Positions 1 to 12,639 of a DNA stretch of 64,000 nt are shown here, piece after piece. Position numbers and translations under genes: made by a program. This DNA is from Octopus sinensis (lineage: Eukaryota): NCBI RefSeq assembly GCF_006345805.1, contig NC_043002.1, positions 56,420,001-56,484,000 of the forward strand, given 5' to 3'. The notes under the pieces were generated by a model, which saw nothing but the letters and a program-made list of their open reading frames with translations, did no database searches and had not been told where the DNA came from. Position 1 is the first letter of the stretch. Each line of letters opens with the position of its first letter.

Positions 1-72
1 CTTGTTTGCTGAACTGCTAAGTTATGGGGATGTAAACATACCAATGCCAGTTGTCAAGTGGTGATGGGGGTA

Positions 73-110
<38 letters not shown>

Positions 111-127
111 AACAAGTGATTGAGTGG

Positions 128-359
128 ACTGACTAGCACCACTTTTGCTAAAAATAAGCGTTAAAACAACTCAAAAGCCACAAAAACACTGTCTTAATGA
201 CTGACAAATGGAGGTAAGTTGCCAGTGTATCTAGCTGGATCACAATTTCAGATTTTGATGTAGACCCTCTTAATCCTCATCAGCGACTCTTAACACCTAG
301 GGTTTTGTGACTTTGAGTTTCTTTAACTCTTATCTTTGGCAAAACCGGTGCTGGTCAGT
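128..359. mobile_element. Foldback MITE-like element with ~60-bp imperfect terminal inverted repeats
   Basis: 128-187 (actgactagcacc...cacaaaaac) is ~80% identical to the reverse complement of 302-359 (gttttgtgac...ggtcagt). The right end is followed by TA. Confidence 0.7.
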
Positions 360-429
360 ATTGTCTGTCACTTTTGTGAGCTCTATTAATTTTGCCTTTA
401 GGTTCTAATTGCTAATAAGCAACCCTTTT

Positions 430-441
430 CAATTTATATAT

Positions 442-493
<52 letters not shown>

Positions 494-640
494 CAGGTTT
501 CTTTCAGTTTCTGCCTTGCAAAGTCCACTCACAAGATTTTGGTCAGCCCAAAGTGGAAGACACTTGCCCAAGGTGCCACGCAATGGGGTTGAACCCAGAA
601 CTATGTGGTTGAGAAGCATGCTTGTTACCACACAGCCACG
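430..640 (-). mobile_element. tRNA-headed SINE family A, 5' half
   Basis: Reverse complement matches the head of the intact copy at 60453-60846 (gctgtgtggtaa...gggttcaaccccattgcgtggcaccttgggcaagtgtcttc...gaaactgaaagaaacc), followed by (TG)n. Confidence 0.85.
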
Positions 641-1067
641 TGCGCGCATGCGTGCACAAACACACACACGCATGTGTAACTACATGTGGATTGTTGGCAA
701 TTTTTTTCCTCCATCTTCCTTTTCTCTTGGACTTTCCTCTGTTTCCTGTATCTAAAAAAGAGCTTTGCTTGAAACGTAAAACTACCTTTTTTTCTTCCCT
801 CAGCATTTTTTAATACTTTGCATGTACCACGTCCTTGTGTTATTGCTTTTTGTTGTGTTTTATTCTTCATTTTTTTTAGATTATATATACCTGTAGTGTT
901 CAAGTGGTAACTACTACTATTGCAATGTTAGAAACCCCCAACTTTCAATGATACACAAGACTTTAGTCACCATAAGAAGAATTTACTATACCTCTGAGTT
1001 GTACCTACTGTTTGTTCATGAAACAAATTATCTTTGATATTTATTTATAAAAAAAAAGACATTTAGG

Positions 1068-1200
1068 GCCAGGCATGGCTGTGTGGTAAGAAGCTTACTT
1101 CCCAACTACATGGTTCTGAGTTCAGTTCCACTGCATGGCACCTTGTGCTGACCAAAGCCTTGTAAGTGGATTTGATAGACAGAAACTGAAACAAGCCTGT

Positions 1201-1240
<40 letters not shown>
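1068..1240 (+). mobile_element. SINE family A, 5' half
   Basis: ggcatggctgtgtggtaagaagcttacttcccaactacatggttctgagttcagttcc...gaaactgaaacaagcc then (TA)n; same head as the other copies. Confidence 0.85.
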
Positions 1241-1245
<5 letters not shown>

Positions 1246-1289
1246 GAAAAATGTATAAACAAATGACATAATGTATACTGAATGTAAAA

Positions 1290-1810
1290 ATGAATGGGAG
1301 ACAAACAGAAAGTCCATAATTCTTCATCAGTTATCGACCAATACTGCTGTTCAGTTTCACACCTTTAATGATAAGACTGAGTGCTTCTTAATTAGCGGTG
1401 CCCACAAAAAAAGTTTTCTTGCATAGAATTGGGGACAAGAGCAAACAAAACAAAACAAAACAAGTAAAATGACACAGAGTGTGATTTAGAACAAGCAATC
1501 AGACAAAAGATGCCTGGGGGCTAAGGAGATGAGAATAGTGGGTAACACTTTGGAAATGTTTTGAAGGATGGAGAATGGAGAGACAGAATTTGCAACTGGT
1601 CAGTTAAGGGACCAGTCTAAGAAAGAAGCAAAAGGGGAACTGGCTATTGGTCACATGGCGACCACAGGCATAGGAGAAAGACAGCAGGGAGAAGGAGCCA
1701 CAGAGAAAAGAAGGGGGAAGTGGATGAAGGGGAAGAAGAAAAGCTAGGAATACAAGTGGGAGAGAGAGGAGTAAGTAGAAAGGCTATAATAGAAGTGACA
1801 GGGTGAGAAA
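1290..1810 (-). mobile_element. Probable Penelope-like 3' UTR/pLTR relic
   Basis: On the minus strand a long pyrimidine-rich tract (1440-1810) precedes CTGATGAAG (1322-1330), the order seen in PLE 3' ends. Stem II/GAAA not retained; no coding support. Confidence 0.3.
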
Positions 1811-2177
1811 AAGAAAAAGAGAAAGAATGACAACTGATGTTGGTGTGTTCAGCAAAAGTGACTGATCGAATAACTACTAGGCTTACAAAGAATAAGTTCT
1901 GGCATTGATATATTCGACTAAAGGCAGTGCTCCAGCATGGCCGCAGTCAAACGACTGAAACAAGTAAAAGAATAAAGGAAAGAATATATTTATGAGTAAA
2001 TGTGTGTGTGTTTGTGTTTGTCCTATACAACTGCTTGACAACTGGTGGTGATGTATTTACATCCTTTTAACTTAGCAGTTCAGCAAAAGATAATGATAAA
2101 ATATGTACCAAGCTTTAAGAAAAATAAGTTTTGGAGTTGATTCAGTATATTGTATAATGTTATCCAGAGTGCAATCA

Positions 2178-2500
2178 TCATCATCATCATCGTTGTCGTT
2201 ATCGTTTAACATCTGTTTTTCATGCTGACATGGGTTGGATGGTCTGACTTATGACTAGCAAACCAGGAGGCTGCACCAAGCTGCAATCTGATCTGGCAAT
2301 GTTTCTACAGCTGGATGCCCTTCCTAACACCAATCACTCCGAGAGTGTAGTGGGTGCTTTTTATATGCCATCAGTACAGGAGCCAGTCAGGTGGCCTTGG
2401 CATCAATCATGTTTGGATAATGCTTTTTATGTGCCACCAGCATGGGAGCCAGTTAGGGGGCACTGGCATCGGCCATGTTTGGATGGTGCTTTCATAAACT
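2178..2500 (-). mobile_element. RTE LINE 3' UTR/tail fragment
   Basis: (ATC)n followed by the reverse complement of the tail that follows the RTE ORF at 30335-30934 (ctacagctggatgcccttcctaacaccaa). Confidence 0.85.
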
Positions 2501-3263
2501 GTAAACATTTATATTAATTCAAATAACTCCAAATTGTAATCTGTCCCTCTAAAAACAATCCTTTCCTTGTTTCTTAACGACATTCATATATACATATTTC
2601 GTACCGTTCTCTAAAACAATTTCTTTCTTGTATGTATCTCTCTTGTTTCTGGTTGCAATGGCTACTTACTGCTATTTCTCCTACTGGCCAACCGAGGGTT
2701 TTACAAGAATGAATTACAACAACAACAAGCAGAAAAACCAGAAGTACTGAGATGACAGTAAGAAACAACAATCATAGCAAGAGAAAGAATTATTTTGATG
2801 AGAATTCGGGAAATATATTAAAATGTGATAAGTAAAGGTATGATAGTCATTTCAGTACTGTCAAAGATGTAGCTTTGCAAATCGGTATTTTTCAGATTCC
2901 TTGGCAAATGTATATAGAATTGCAAGCCATAATAAAATCAATGAACGCTTTGATTGGTATCAAAAGTACTTAACAAAATGGATCAATATTGGTTATTTTA
3001 TAAATATCTGTTTTGGTAACACTGACTGAATTATGTTGATCAATGTAATAATTCTTGAGTAATAAAACCAAACACAAACACACACACACATATCTCTCTC
3101 TCTCTCTCTCTCTCTGCCCCAACCCCATCTCCATCATGCACCTATGCACACAAACACATTCAGTATAATCTTCTCTACCTAGTTTATCTACATTGTGTTC
3201 ATTTACTGTCTGTGTGTACATACGAAGTGCTTGCATGCTTATTGTACAAATGGCATACCTCTG

Positions 3264-3299
<36 letters not shown>

Positions 3300-4514
3300 G
3301 TGTCTGTGTATGAGCATTTGTATGTGTGTGTGTATGTGTGTGCAACAGTGTGCATGTCTGTAATTCTAGAAGATTGTAACTGTGAGCCTGTATATTGTGA
3401 AAGTTCTTTCTTTTTGTCTTTTCTTAGTATATTTTCACCTTTTCTGGTAGATGGTGATCATGTGGTCTCATGACTGACCAGACTATCAGATGTTGTCACA
3501 CATTGCTGGTCACAATACACTTTGCATTGTTTTAGTCACTGAATGATGCCAGCTTGTTGGCTTGGAGAGCAGGCCAACATTCCCTGCTGATCGGCTGGAA
3601 CAATGTGAAATGAAGTGTTTTGCTCAAGAACACAACAGGCCACCTGGTCTAGGAATTGAACTCATGATCTAATGATTGTGAAAGCAATACCCTAACCACT
3701 AGACTGCGCACCCTTACTAGATGATAATATACTCTGAATACTATACAAGGGTACTCTCTTACAACTTCAGAAAGGTATTCTCTCACTGTTCTGTAAAGAT
3801 ATTCTTTCACAGTTCTAGAAAGAAACCCTTTTAGTGTAAAAGCAGCTTCTATGGAAAAGCTAAATGGGGTTCTGCATTGCCATAAGGGTTATTAATTTCA
3901 ATTCTGTGTTCTGATTTCAAATCCTCACTGGACTGATCACATGTTTGATCACTCTAGAATCAATAAAATAAGTTTGACCTCACTTACAACAGATGATTCA
4001 ATTATTTGTACTTCCTGTTTATAACTTTATGGCCTTTTGCCAATGAAATAAATCAATACAATTTCTAAAATCTGTAATAAGCTACCATAAATGTTAAGAT
4101 GTGGAACTAAAAACTTTATGCTATTTAGGGTCATCCTTATACCTACTGTTCTCTCACCCTGCTAGGTTAAAGGTCATTATATCTGAGGTCAACTGCTGGG
4201 GTTCAGCTTTGCTTTTCATCCCGCTATGGTCAATGATTTTAGTTCTAAGTATTAAAATAAATATCTGTTAATCAATCAATCATTTTAGTTGTACAAAATT
4301 TGTGGTTCTATGTCAACAGAAGAAATCAATATTATAATATTAATTTCTTGTTAAGGAACAAAGTGAGTGTGTGTGTGTGTGCCGATGCACACATGCATGT
4401 GCATGTGTGATTTTGTGATGCTTATGGCATTTAGTGGTATATACTTGAAATAATATATCTTTCACAAGAAAACTAAATCCTTTCTATCAATCACACTGTT
4501 CGGCATCCTATTAA

Positions 4515-4815
4515 CCCTTTTCTTACAATATGTCTTTTGAAATTCACTGCTTTTATATCAATTAATCTTGAAAATAATAAAGAATTTTCATAAAATACCA
4601 TCACCATTATTTAGCTGGTGTTTGGAAAATATATTAACACAGAATTTTGATGGAAGGTTTTAATTTAGATCACTTTAACTCTTTTGTTACCATATTTCTG
4701 TTGAAATACATAACCTTTGATTTAAAACAAGAATTTTGTGTCATAGAAACAGGTATAGCCCAAAGGTAGTCTCATAGAACTGAGGGTGATCTCAGACAGG
4801 TTGCTATCAAAGGGG
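4515..4815. mobile_element. piggyBac-type MITE
   Basis: TTAA|CCCTTTT at 4511-4521 and AAAGGGG|TTAA at 4809-4819. Internal sequence is shared with related copies at ~22330-22563, 46640-46917 and 46989-47198. Confidence 0.7.
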
Positions 4816-5031
4816 TTAAAATGTATTTTCCTCAAAAGTAACTCTCTCGAGTTGCATCTATATAATTTATTCATAATGACATGTTTATGATCCCATTTTT
4901 CTGACTCTTGGAGGTAGTTTTCACATAGTTAAAGGGATATGTTAAAAGCATAAGGTTGTAAGGACCTAATATAATAATAAATAAATATTTACTTATACCT
5001 TAACTTATTTAATGAATGCAATGAAGAATAT

Positions 5032-5084
5032 AGTCTGCACGTCTGATGAGTGCAGGGCAGTCAGTTTTACATGAAACCCAGACT
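5032..5084 (+). ncRNA. Degenerate hammerhead-ribozyme-like motif (PLE-type relic)
   Basis: CTGATGA (5043-5049), stem II GTGCA/TACAT (two transitions from TGCAC), GAAAC (5073-5077), flanked by complementary AGTCTG/CAGACT. No intact NUH triplet and stem I is out of register. Confidence 0.35.
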
Positions 5085-5926
5085 CAGAAGCATATTAGTA
5101 TCACTTTCTCCTACCTTTCCTCCTCTTCATAATTATTATCAACCTCCTCATCACAACTTTTGTTCATCACCCAGTACATTCTCTCCCCCACTCCTACCCA
5201 TCTCCAGTCATCCCTCACTTCTTTCACGCACTCTTATAACCCCTACCTCTTATCCTTTACTGTTCTTCTATTCCTTGACCCCATCCCAACACCTCATCAC
5301 CACTATTTTTCTCTCATTTCCTGCTTCACCCTAATTATTGCCATTCATTCTTGCCTAATGCAAGTAGCCATGTATCTCTTCTGGCTGGTCAGCTCCTGTT
5401 GAATCGTCCAGCCTATACCAGCATGGAAAACAGATGTTAAATGATGATGATGATAATAATAATAATAATAATAAGAAGAAGAAGAAGAAGAATGATATAT
5501 CTGTGTATGAGTGTGTGTATGTCTCTTTGTGTTCACATTGTACAGTATTTGTAAGTGATTACCACTATCATACAAGCAGTGTCATTTGCTTCAAAGATTC
5601 TGCGAGAACATGTCTGGCTAAGGGAAAATATTCACCTTGTTTGGAAGCAGGTGAGGGTTGGCAATAGGAAGGGCATCCAGCCATAGGAAAAACTGGCTCA
5701 ATAAACACTGGGTCAATGTAATCGACTTAGCAACTCCTTGAGCTTGCTGGCCTTGAGCCAAAATTTGAAACTAGTATTTACTGAAGACATCAGCCAGACA
5801 CTCTAACTATGTAAGCATGGAGAGGTGGATGCTAAAATGATGATGGTGATGAAGATCATTATGATGATGGTGGTAATGGTCTCGAAAGACAAATTACTTG
5901 CTGTCTATAACATTGGTTTATTTTAG

Positions 5927-5969
5927 TTAACATTCATAGAAAAAAACATTTAGTATCTGTTCCCAACAG
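5927..5969 (+). CDS. Candidate 43-nt internal coding exon (NIHRKKHLVSVPN), host gene unidentified
   Basis: Acceptor ggtttattttag, perfect donor CAG|gtaagt, one open frame, in non-repetitive sequence. Confidence 0.4.
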
Positions 5970-7349
5970 GTAAGTGAATTGAAATATTTAGAATTAAATA
6001 TCATGTCTGTGTGGTTCAGTAAAATATTCATAGGGGATATTACCATATATCGTGTGGGGCTAGCAGTTAATTACCTCCCCCTTTTTACCTCTCTAAATGG
6101 TTAGTTTTCCTACAATAATGCTTTTCATAATGATACCACCTTGCATTAAAAAGAACTTTTTTTAAATTTATTGTTACATAATTAATGAGATACTAGCATA
6201 GGATATGACAGGCTTTGATTTTTTAGGAAAAAAGAAGCAAAAATTGAGACAAATTCATTATTTTTTCATGAAGTATATTTGGTGGAACAAACGAGGTGAA
6301 ATTATATCAATGAATGTATCTATAGTATTAATCTCCATTTCACATTAATTGTAATACCTGCAAACACAGGACATTATGTTTTAGATCTAATGCATTTATT
6401 TTATTCACCTTTTCATTACCATATTTCTGCTGAAGTACATTGCTTTGTTTCAATTAATTTTGAAAATAATTAAAAATTTAATAAGCTAATTTTGTCATAA
6501 TTAATTTTGTGTTTGGGACATGAATTAACATAAAGTTTTGATGAAATATTCTAATTAAGGTCACTTTAAATATGAAGTTTGCATCAAAGAACCAAGGGTA
6601 GTCATGGGTGGGTCGGTTTTGAAACGGTTATTTATTTAATCTTTTATTTGTTTCTGTCATTTGACTGTGGCCATGCTGGGGCACTGCCTCGAAGAATTTT
6701 TTGTTGAATAAATTTACCTTAAGCCTGCTACTTTTACTGTTGGTTTCTTTTACCAAGATATGTTATGGGAATGTAAACACACCAACACCAGTTGTCAAGT
6801 GGTGATGGACAAGTACAGATACAAATACACACACACACACACACACACAAACACATACACAAACACACACACACACATATATAATTGAGTATCAAGAATG
6901 TGATTTTATGAGGATACCTTTCCTGATGAAAGGGACATTGCCCACCTGGTTTGTAAGATTTATCAATTTTTCTACCAGGACATGAACTCTAAAAACAGCC
7001 GTTGAAAGTGAACCTCCTCCAACTGTATTATATACCTTATATATCATTTATATTTTTAAAAAACACACCGAACTCTATGGATCTTTTAATTGAAATTCTT
7101 AACCACTCTTAATTACAGTACAAAATACTTTTTCAGTCCTCTTTTTCTCACACCTCCTTCCATACGTATCCCACACGGGTTTTGTTAACATGTATTTTTA
7201 TGTATATTTATATTTTATTAATATTTCTCAAAATATTCATATGTGTTGATATATATTAACATATGTATATGCATTTTAAATGTATGAGTATGATTGCCTA
7301 ATTTGAGTTTATATCTTAATCCACACACATATATATACATATATATATA

Positions 7350-7404
<55 letters not shown>

Positions 7405-7712
7405 ATATATTATTATTATTAGGGAATATTACTTCTGAGTACACAGGAAAAAGATATTCAAATTAGATGTACTAAAATGAACATCTCTCAATGTTTAATT
7501 TGTATATATAAAGTATTGAAACTAGATACCTCGTATCTAATCAATACTGACATATTTTCAAGAAACACGTGTAGTCTTATAAACAGAAAATACAAGATTC
7601 AGAATAGATATAGTTAGTATAAGATTTAATTTTTAACATTTTATGGAGTGGTCGGGTATAAAATCTTTTAGTGTTGATTGAGTTGAAGGTGGTTCTTTCT
7701 CTAAAACTACTC

Positions 7713-7753
<41 letters not shown>

Positions 7754-8116
7754 CACAATAGGCTTCTTTTAGTTTCCATGTACTAAATCCACTCACAACG
7801 GTTTGGTTGGCTCAAGGTTATGGTAGAAAATTCTTGCCCAAGGTGTCACACAGTGGGACTGAACCCAGAATCATGAAGTTGGGAAGCAAGCTTCTTACCT
7901 CATAACCAAAATGCTTTTTTTGTTTTAAAAAAGTAAGATGGGGTAAAACAGCTTCATGACATTACTTAGACATCCTTTTGAAAATTTCTGCCCTGCTTCA
8001 TATGATTGTTTACATCTGATTGGATAAAGTCATCTAACCAAAATTTCAACTATCAAAAAGCTTTTTATACCCAAAACTCTTAAAATATCTGGCAGAGTGG
8101 GATGTGGTTTGGTCAC

Positions 8117-8187
8117 CTGTATAGTTAATCGGGTGTCCACAATGGAGTCATACCGAGTGACTGGTGTAGCAGCATTATAGTCAACTG
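8117..8187 (-). CDS. Candidate 71-nt exon (VDYNAATPVTRYDSIVDTRLTIQ)
   Basis: Minus-strand acceptor atctttacctttgtag, moderate donor CAG|gtgacc, open frame. No homology recognised. Confidence 0.25.
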
Positions 8188-8236
8188 CTACAAAGGTAAA
8201 GATAACATCTTTGACAGAAATAATTACAGTGGTATT

Positions 8237-9322
8237 CAATTGCTGGACCAGGTGATGACAGTTACAGAGAGGGTCATCACGAAATTGATTAGGAAGAGAG
8301 TTAGCTAAGATGAGATGCAGTTTGGTTTTGAGTCAAGATGCTATCTTCATGATGAGGCAACTGCAGAAGAAGGAAGTATTTAGCCAAAAATAAACCTCTT
8401 TACTTGGCTTTTGTTGATAAGAAGAAAGCCTTTGACATGGTGGTCAATGCAGAAGCTAGGTATTGCTGAGTGGATAGTAAGAACTGTACAAGCCATGTAC
8501 AGGGATACTGTCAGTAAGGTGAAAGTCAGCAAGGAGTATATCAATGAATATAGTGTACAAGTAGGAGTCCAGCAGGGCTCTGTTCTTAGCTCCTTCTTGT
8601 TCATCATAGTCCTCCAGGCCATAAAAGATAAATTTAAGATTGGCTGTTCTTGAGAGCTTCTCTATGCTGATTATCGTCTTCTTAAAGCTGAATTACTACC
8701 AGAACCAGAACCAGAGAAGAAATTTAGGTATGGAAGCAAGGCATGGATTCAAAGGGCTTTAAAGTTAATTTAGCAAAGACTGAAATCCTAGTAAATAAAG
8801 AAACAAATAAATCACAAATTTTTTCAGAGTGATGGCTCCACTTGATATGTAGAAAAGGTGTAGGTAGAAACTCCATAAGGTGTATTTGGTGCAAACTTTG
8901 GACTCATAAGAGGTGCAACAGTCTCACAGGAAGGTTAACAGAGAAAGACATAAGACAAGGTGATGAAATATAACCTTTGGTTGTTGAGTCCCATGGAGGC
9001 AATGACAAGTGACCGAGACTTCTGGTGATTTGCCGTGGTTGTGGCCAGTGTCAGTGACACATAAAAGGCCCCTGTGCCATAGACACGATAAAGGCACCCA
9101 TGCTAGTGACATGTAAAAAGCACCTATGCCAGTGGTACATGAAAGACACTTGGTACACTCTGTAGGATGGTGGTTGGTGTGAGGAAGGGCATCCAGCAAT
9201 AGAAACGAAGCCGAAACAGATGACTGGAGCCTGGTGCAGCTCTCCAGTTTACCAGCTCCATTCAAACTGTCTAACCCATACCAGCAGGGGAAAATAGATG
9301 CTAAATGATGATGAAGAAGATA
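8237..9322 (+). mobile_element. RTE-clade LINE family 1, internally deleted RT remnant plus 3' UTR
   Basis: Decayed RT motifs MQFGF, LAFVD-KAFD, VGVQQGSVLS-FLFIIVL, ELLYAD, then CRKGVGRNSIRCIWCKLWTHKRC. Jumps at ~8955 to the ORF end and the 3' UTR with a (GAT)n tail. Confidence 0.9.
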
Positions 9323-9714
9323 ACAATGTAACATATGGTAGGAAATGCACATCAAGAAGAAATTGGCAAGCATTTCCATTAGATTTTCAAGAGCTAAATC
9401 CCTTGAGGCTGTGTAGTTAAGGAGTTAGCTCCCTGAGTACTTCGTTTCGGGTTCAGTCCCACTTGATGGTACTTTGGGTTTTTTAGCGTGATAAGGGGAT
9501 GGTGCAAGGTTCATTTGCACACACACAACAAATAGGAAGAAAGAGGGATCCTTCGTTGAAACAAAGAGACTAATTCCTGTGAATTTAGTTTCTCTTGCTC
9601 TGACCTTGACCTTCAAACTTGTGTCAATAGGCAAAGCCAACAGCAGTTAAGTCATGGATAGTTTAGTTCTCAGCAGTTTATCTAAGACAGAGGTTATCTA
9701 ACACCAAACAACTA

Positions 9715-9749
9715 ACAACAGATGCCAGTAGTAGTATTAGTAGTAGTAT

Positions 9750-9785
<36 letters not shown>

Positions 9786-9802
9786 CAGTAGTAGTAGTAG
9801 TA

Positions 9803-9833
<31 letters not shown>

Positions 9834-10225
9834 CAGGAGTAATAGTGGTGTTGTTGGATGTGATGGTGGTGGTGGTGGGTGTGGCAGTTGTGGTAGTGGT
9901 GGCAGCAGCAGCAACACCAGCAGCAGCAGCACCATCACCATCACCAGCAGCAGCAGCAGAACCAGTAGCAGCAGCAGCTGCAACTGCAGTAGTTATAGTG
10001 GTGGTGGTGGAGGTTGCAGCAGCAGCAGCAGCAATAGTAGTAGTAGTTGTGGTGGTGGTAGTGGTAGTAGTAGTGGTTGTGGTGGCAGTGGTAGTAGTAG
10101 TAGTAGGGGTGCTGGAGGTTTCAGCAGCAGCAGCAGTAGCAGTAGTAGTAGTAGTAGCAGTAGTAGTAGTAGTAGTGATGCTGTTGTTGTTGTTGGTGGT
10201 GGTGGTGGTAGTAGTAGTAGTCACT
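9715..10225. repeat. Mosaic trinucleotide microsatellite (AGT/AGC/GGT)n
   Basis: Continuous ~510-bp NGT/AGC triplet mosaic; explains the 170-aa poly-T/V/A ORFs. Confidence 0.95.
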
Positions 10226-10789
10226 GATTAATTTGAAGTTGCAAAAAACAAACTGCCTTTAATGATAAATCCCAGATGACCTCACTTTATTTTTCCTATC
10301 AAATAGTTTTTCAAAACATACTTTATTCTGGTTTGCCTCAAAAAAGATTTCTTTTAAATGCTTGTCTTATTTACTACAAATTATTACTACAGGTGTGACC
10401 GTTTGGCTAAGATATTGACTTCCCAACTACAGGGTCTCAAGTTCAGTCCCATTGCGTGGCAATTTGCAAAAGTGTCTTCTACCAATGTCCTTGCTATAGA
10501 TTTAGCAACAACAAGGGTTACATTCTTTCCCTGGGTCTTGGTTAGTTCACATTGTTCCATAAGGGCCAGATTACCAGTTTCTCTAGTGTATATATTCCCC
10601 CTGGATGGGATACCAGTCTGTTGCAGGATAACTCATTTTTACCAGCTTAATGGACTCAAGTCATGTAAAATGAAGTGTTTTGCTCAAGAACACAAAACAT
10701 CACCTAGTCCAGGAATTGAAACCACAATCTTATGATCATGAATGCAACACCCTAACCACTTAGCCATGCACCTCCATTTCCAGGTGTCT

Positions 10790-11460
10790 TGCTGTAAATA
10801 CATTTCAGCATCCTATCAAAATATTCCACAAATTGGCACAGGTATTTGTCCTTGGAAAGCTGTTTTTCTTCTGTAGGAAGGAATAATTTGTCATTCTTCC
10901 TCATTTTCAGCACACAGTTGTTGAAATATTCCATCAGATTTTGCTGAACTTTTGATCTTATTGATTATTTTCACTATAATTTGGAGTGATTGATGCAGGT
11001 CTGGACTAAGGTGTTTTTGCTACAAGATGTCACTGATGAATTATGCAGTGAATCATAATGATATTTGGAACTATCTTTTTTAATGTGATATGAAACTCCA
11101 GTATTGATCAACCATACAGGGAACACCATCAATTGCACAAGAAATAATATTAAACAGTATATTATTTTCAGTAAATGTATATATTCAGACATAAATATAA
11201 GTTTCCTCTTTGTATTTGTCTCCATTTTTTGTTTTTCGTAAAAGTGTTTCTTCTTGAAATGCTTCATTATCCAAATACTTCACATATGGCATTATTAATG
11301 TGGTCCTATTACCAGTTGAAGTTTTACTCATTTGTATGAAAAAAATCCTTCTTTCACAAAGCTTTTCAATTATCTAAACATTTTACATCAGCATTTGCTG
11401 TTTCATTAACCTGGTTTTTGATGGTTTGGCACTTAAAGGAATGAGTTGTAGCAGATTTTT
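10790..11460 (-). mobile_element. hAT (Charlie/Buster-type) transposase remnant
   Basis: Frameshifted minus-strand translation: LIMPYVKYLDNEAFQEETLL...ILFNIISCAIDGVPCMVDQY...KKIVPNIIMIHCIIHQ*HLVAK...LSPDLHQSLQIIVKIINKIKSSAKSDGIFQQLCAENEEE. This gives the CxxDG and HCxxH motifs of Charlie/ZBED5-like transposases. Confidence 0.85.
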
Positions 11461-11649
11461 ATGTCTTGTCTTCCTTATCATCATCATTTAAAATCTGTTT
11501 TCAATGCTGGCATGGGTTGGATGGTTTGACAGGAGCTGACATGCCAAAGAACTGTGCTGAGCTCCAATTGTCTGTTTTGGCATGGTTTCCACAACTGGAT
11601 GCCCTTCCTTATGTCAACCTCTTTACAGAGCCCAGTACTTATTTGTTTT

Positions 11650-11945
11650 TGTAAAGCCTGGTACTTATTCTATCAGTCTCTTTTGCCAAACCACTAAGTT
11701 ACAGAGTCATAAACACTCCCACACTGGTTGTCAAGCAGTGGTGGTGGTGGTGGTGGGACAAACACAGACACAAACACACACACATACACACATGATGGGC
11801 TTCTTTCAGTTTCCATCTAACAAATCCACTCACAAGGCTTTGGTCAGCCCAAGACTACTGTAGAAGATACATGTGCCCAAAGTGCCATGCAGTGGAATTG
11901 AATTCGGACCCATGTGTTTGGAAAGCAAACTTACCACACAACCAT
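11650..11945 (-). mobile_element. SINE family A, near full length
   Basis: Reverse complement contains head, CA-repeat spacer and tail as in 60453-60846. Confidence 0.85.
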
Positions 11946-12639
11946 GCATGAACCTATGATGATGATGATGATGACAACGATGACGATGATGACATCCTGG
12001 TCTATCGGAACGTATAAGCAATGAATAAGTTTGTCAATGAAATGTAATAAATGGGCTTTATTCATGGGTCAAAACCAGAATATATTTATTTCTGTTTACA
12101 ATTTGAAATATTTAAATTAATGATGATTAATTACAAGCACTGACATAGCTGGGCAGTTAAATACTTGCTGCCTAACCATGTGGTTTTGGAGATCAATTCC
12201 CACAGTGTGGAACCTTGTGCAAGTGTCTTCTACCATCAGCAAAACCTTATATGTGAATTTGATTGACAGAAACTGAATAAAGCGTTATACACACACACAC
12301 ACACACATATCATTGCTATTATGCAAAAGTGTCGTAAGTCCAAAACATTGTATTTTTCTTGAAAACGAAAAAATAGTTTCACCATTCCATAGCAAAACCG
12401 TTGTACCACAATTCCAGAATTTTTTATATTTTGGCATCGGAAACAGCTGGAGATATGATAATTTGAACAAAAGAAACGGCTATTGCAAGCAAAAATAAAT
12501 ATTTAAAAAACTCATTTGGCCACATTTGGACATACAGCGGTTTAACAAAATAGCAATGATATATCTTTTATCTTTTACTGGTTTTCCTTCAAAAGCTTGG
12601 GCCATGCTGGAGCACCACCTTTCAGTGTGTTTGGGTCTC

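Noticed and set aside
409-1327. Numerous 60-95-aa ORFs with HTHT/CVCV/IYIY runs here and throughout the track
   Set aside because: Translations of dinucleotide repeats and SINE sequence.
9678-10231. 101-170-aa poly-T/V/A/L ORFs
   Set aside because: Pure trinucleotide microsatellite open in several frames on both strands; no coding evidence.
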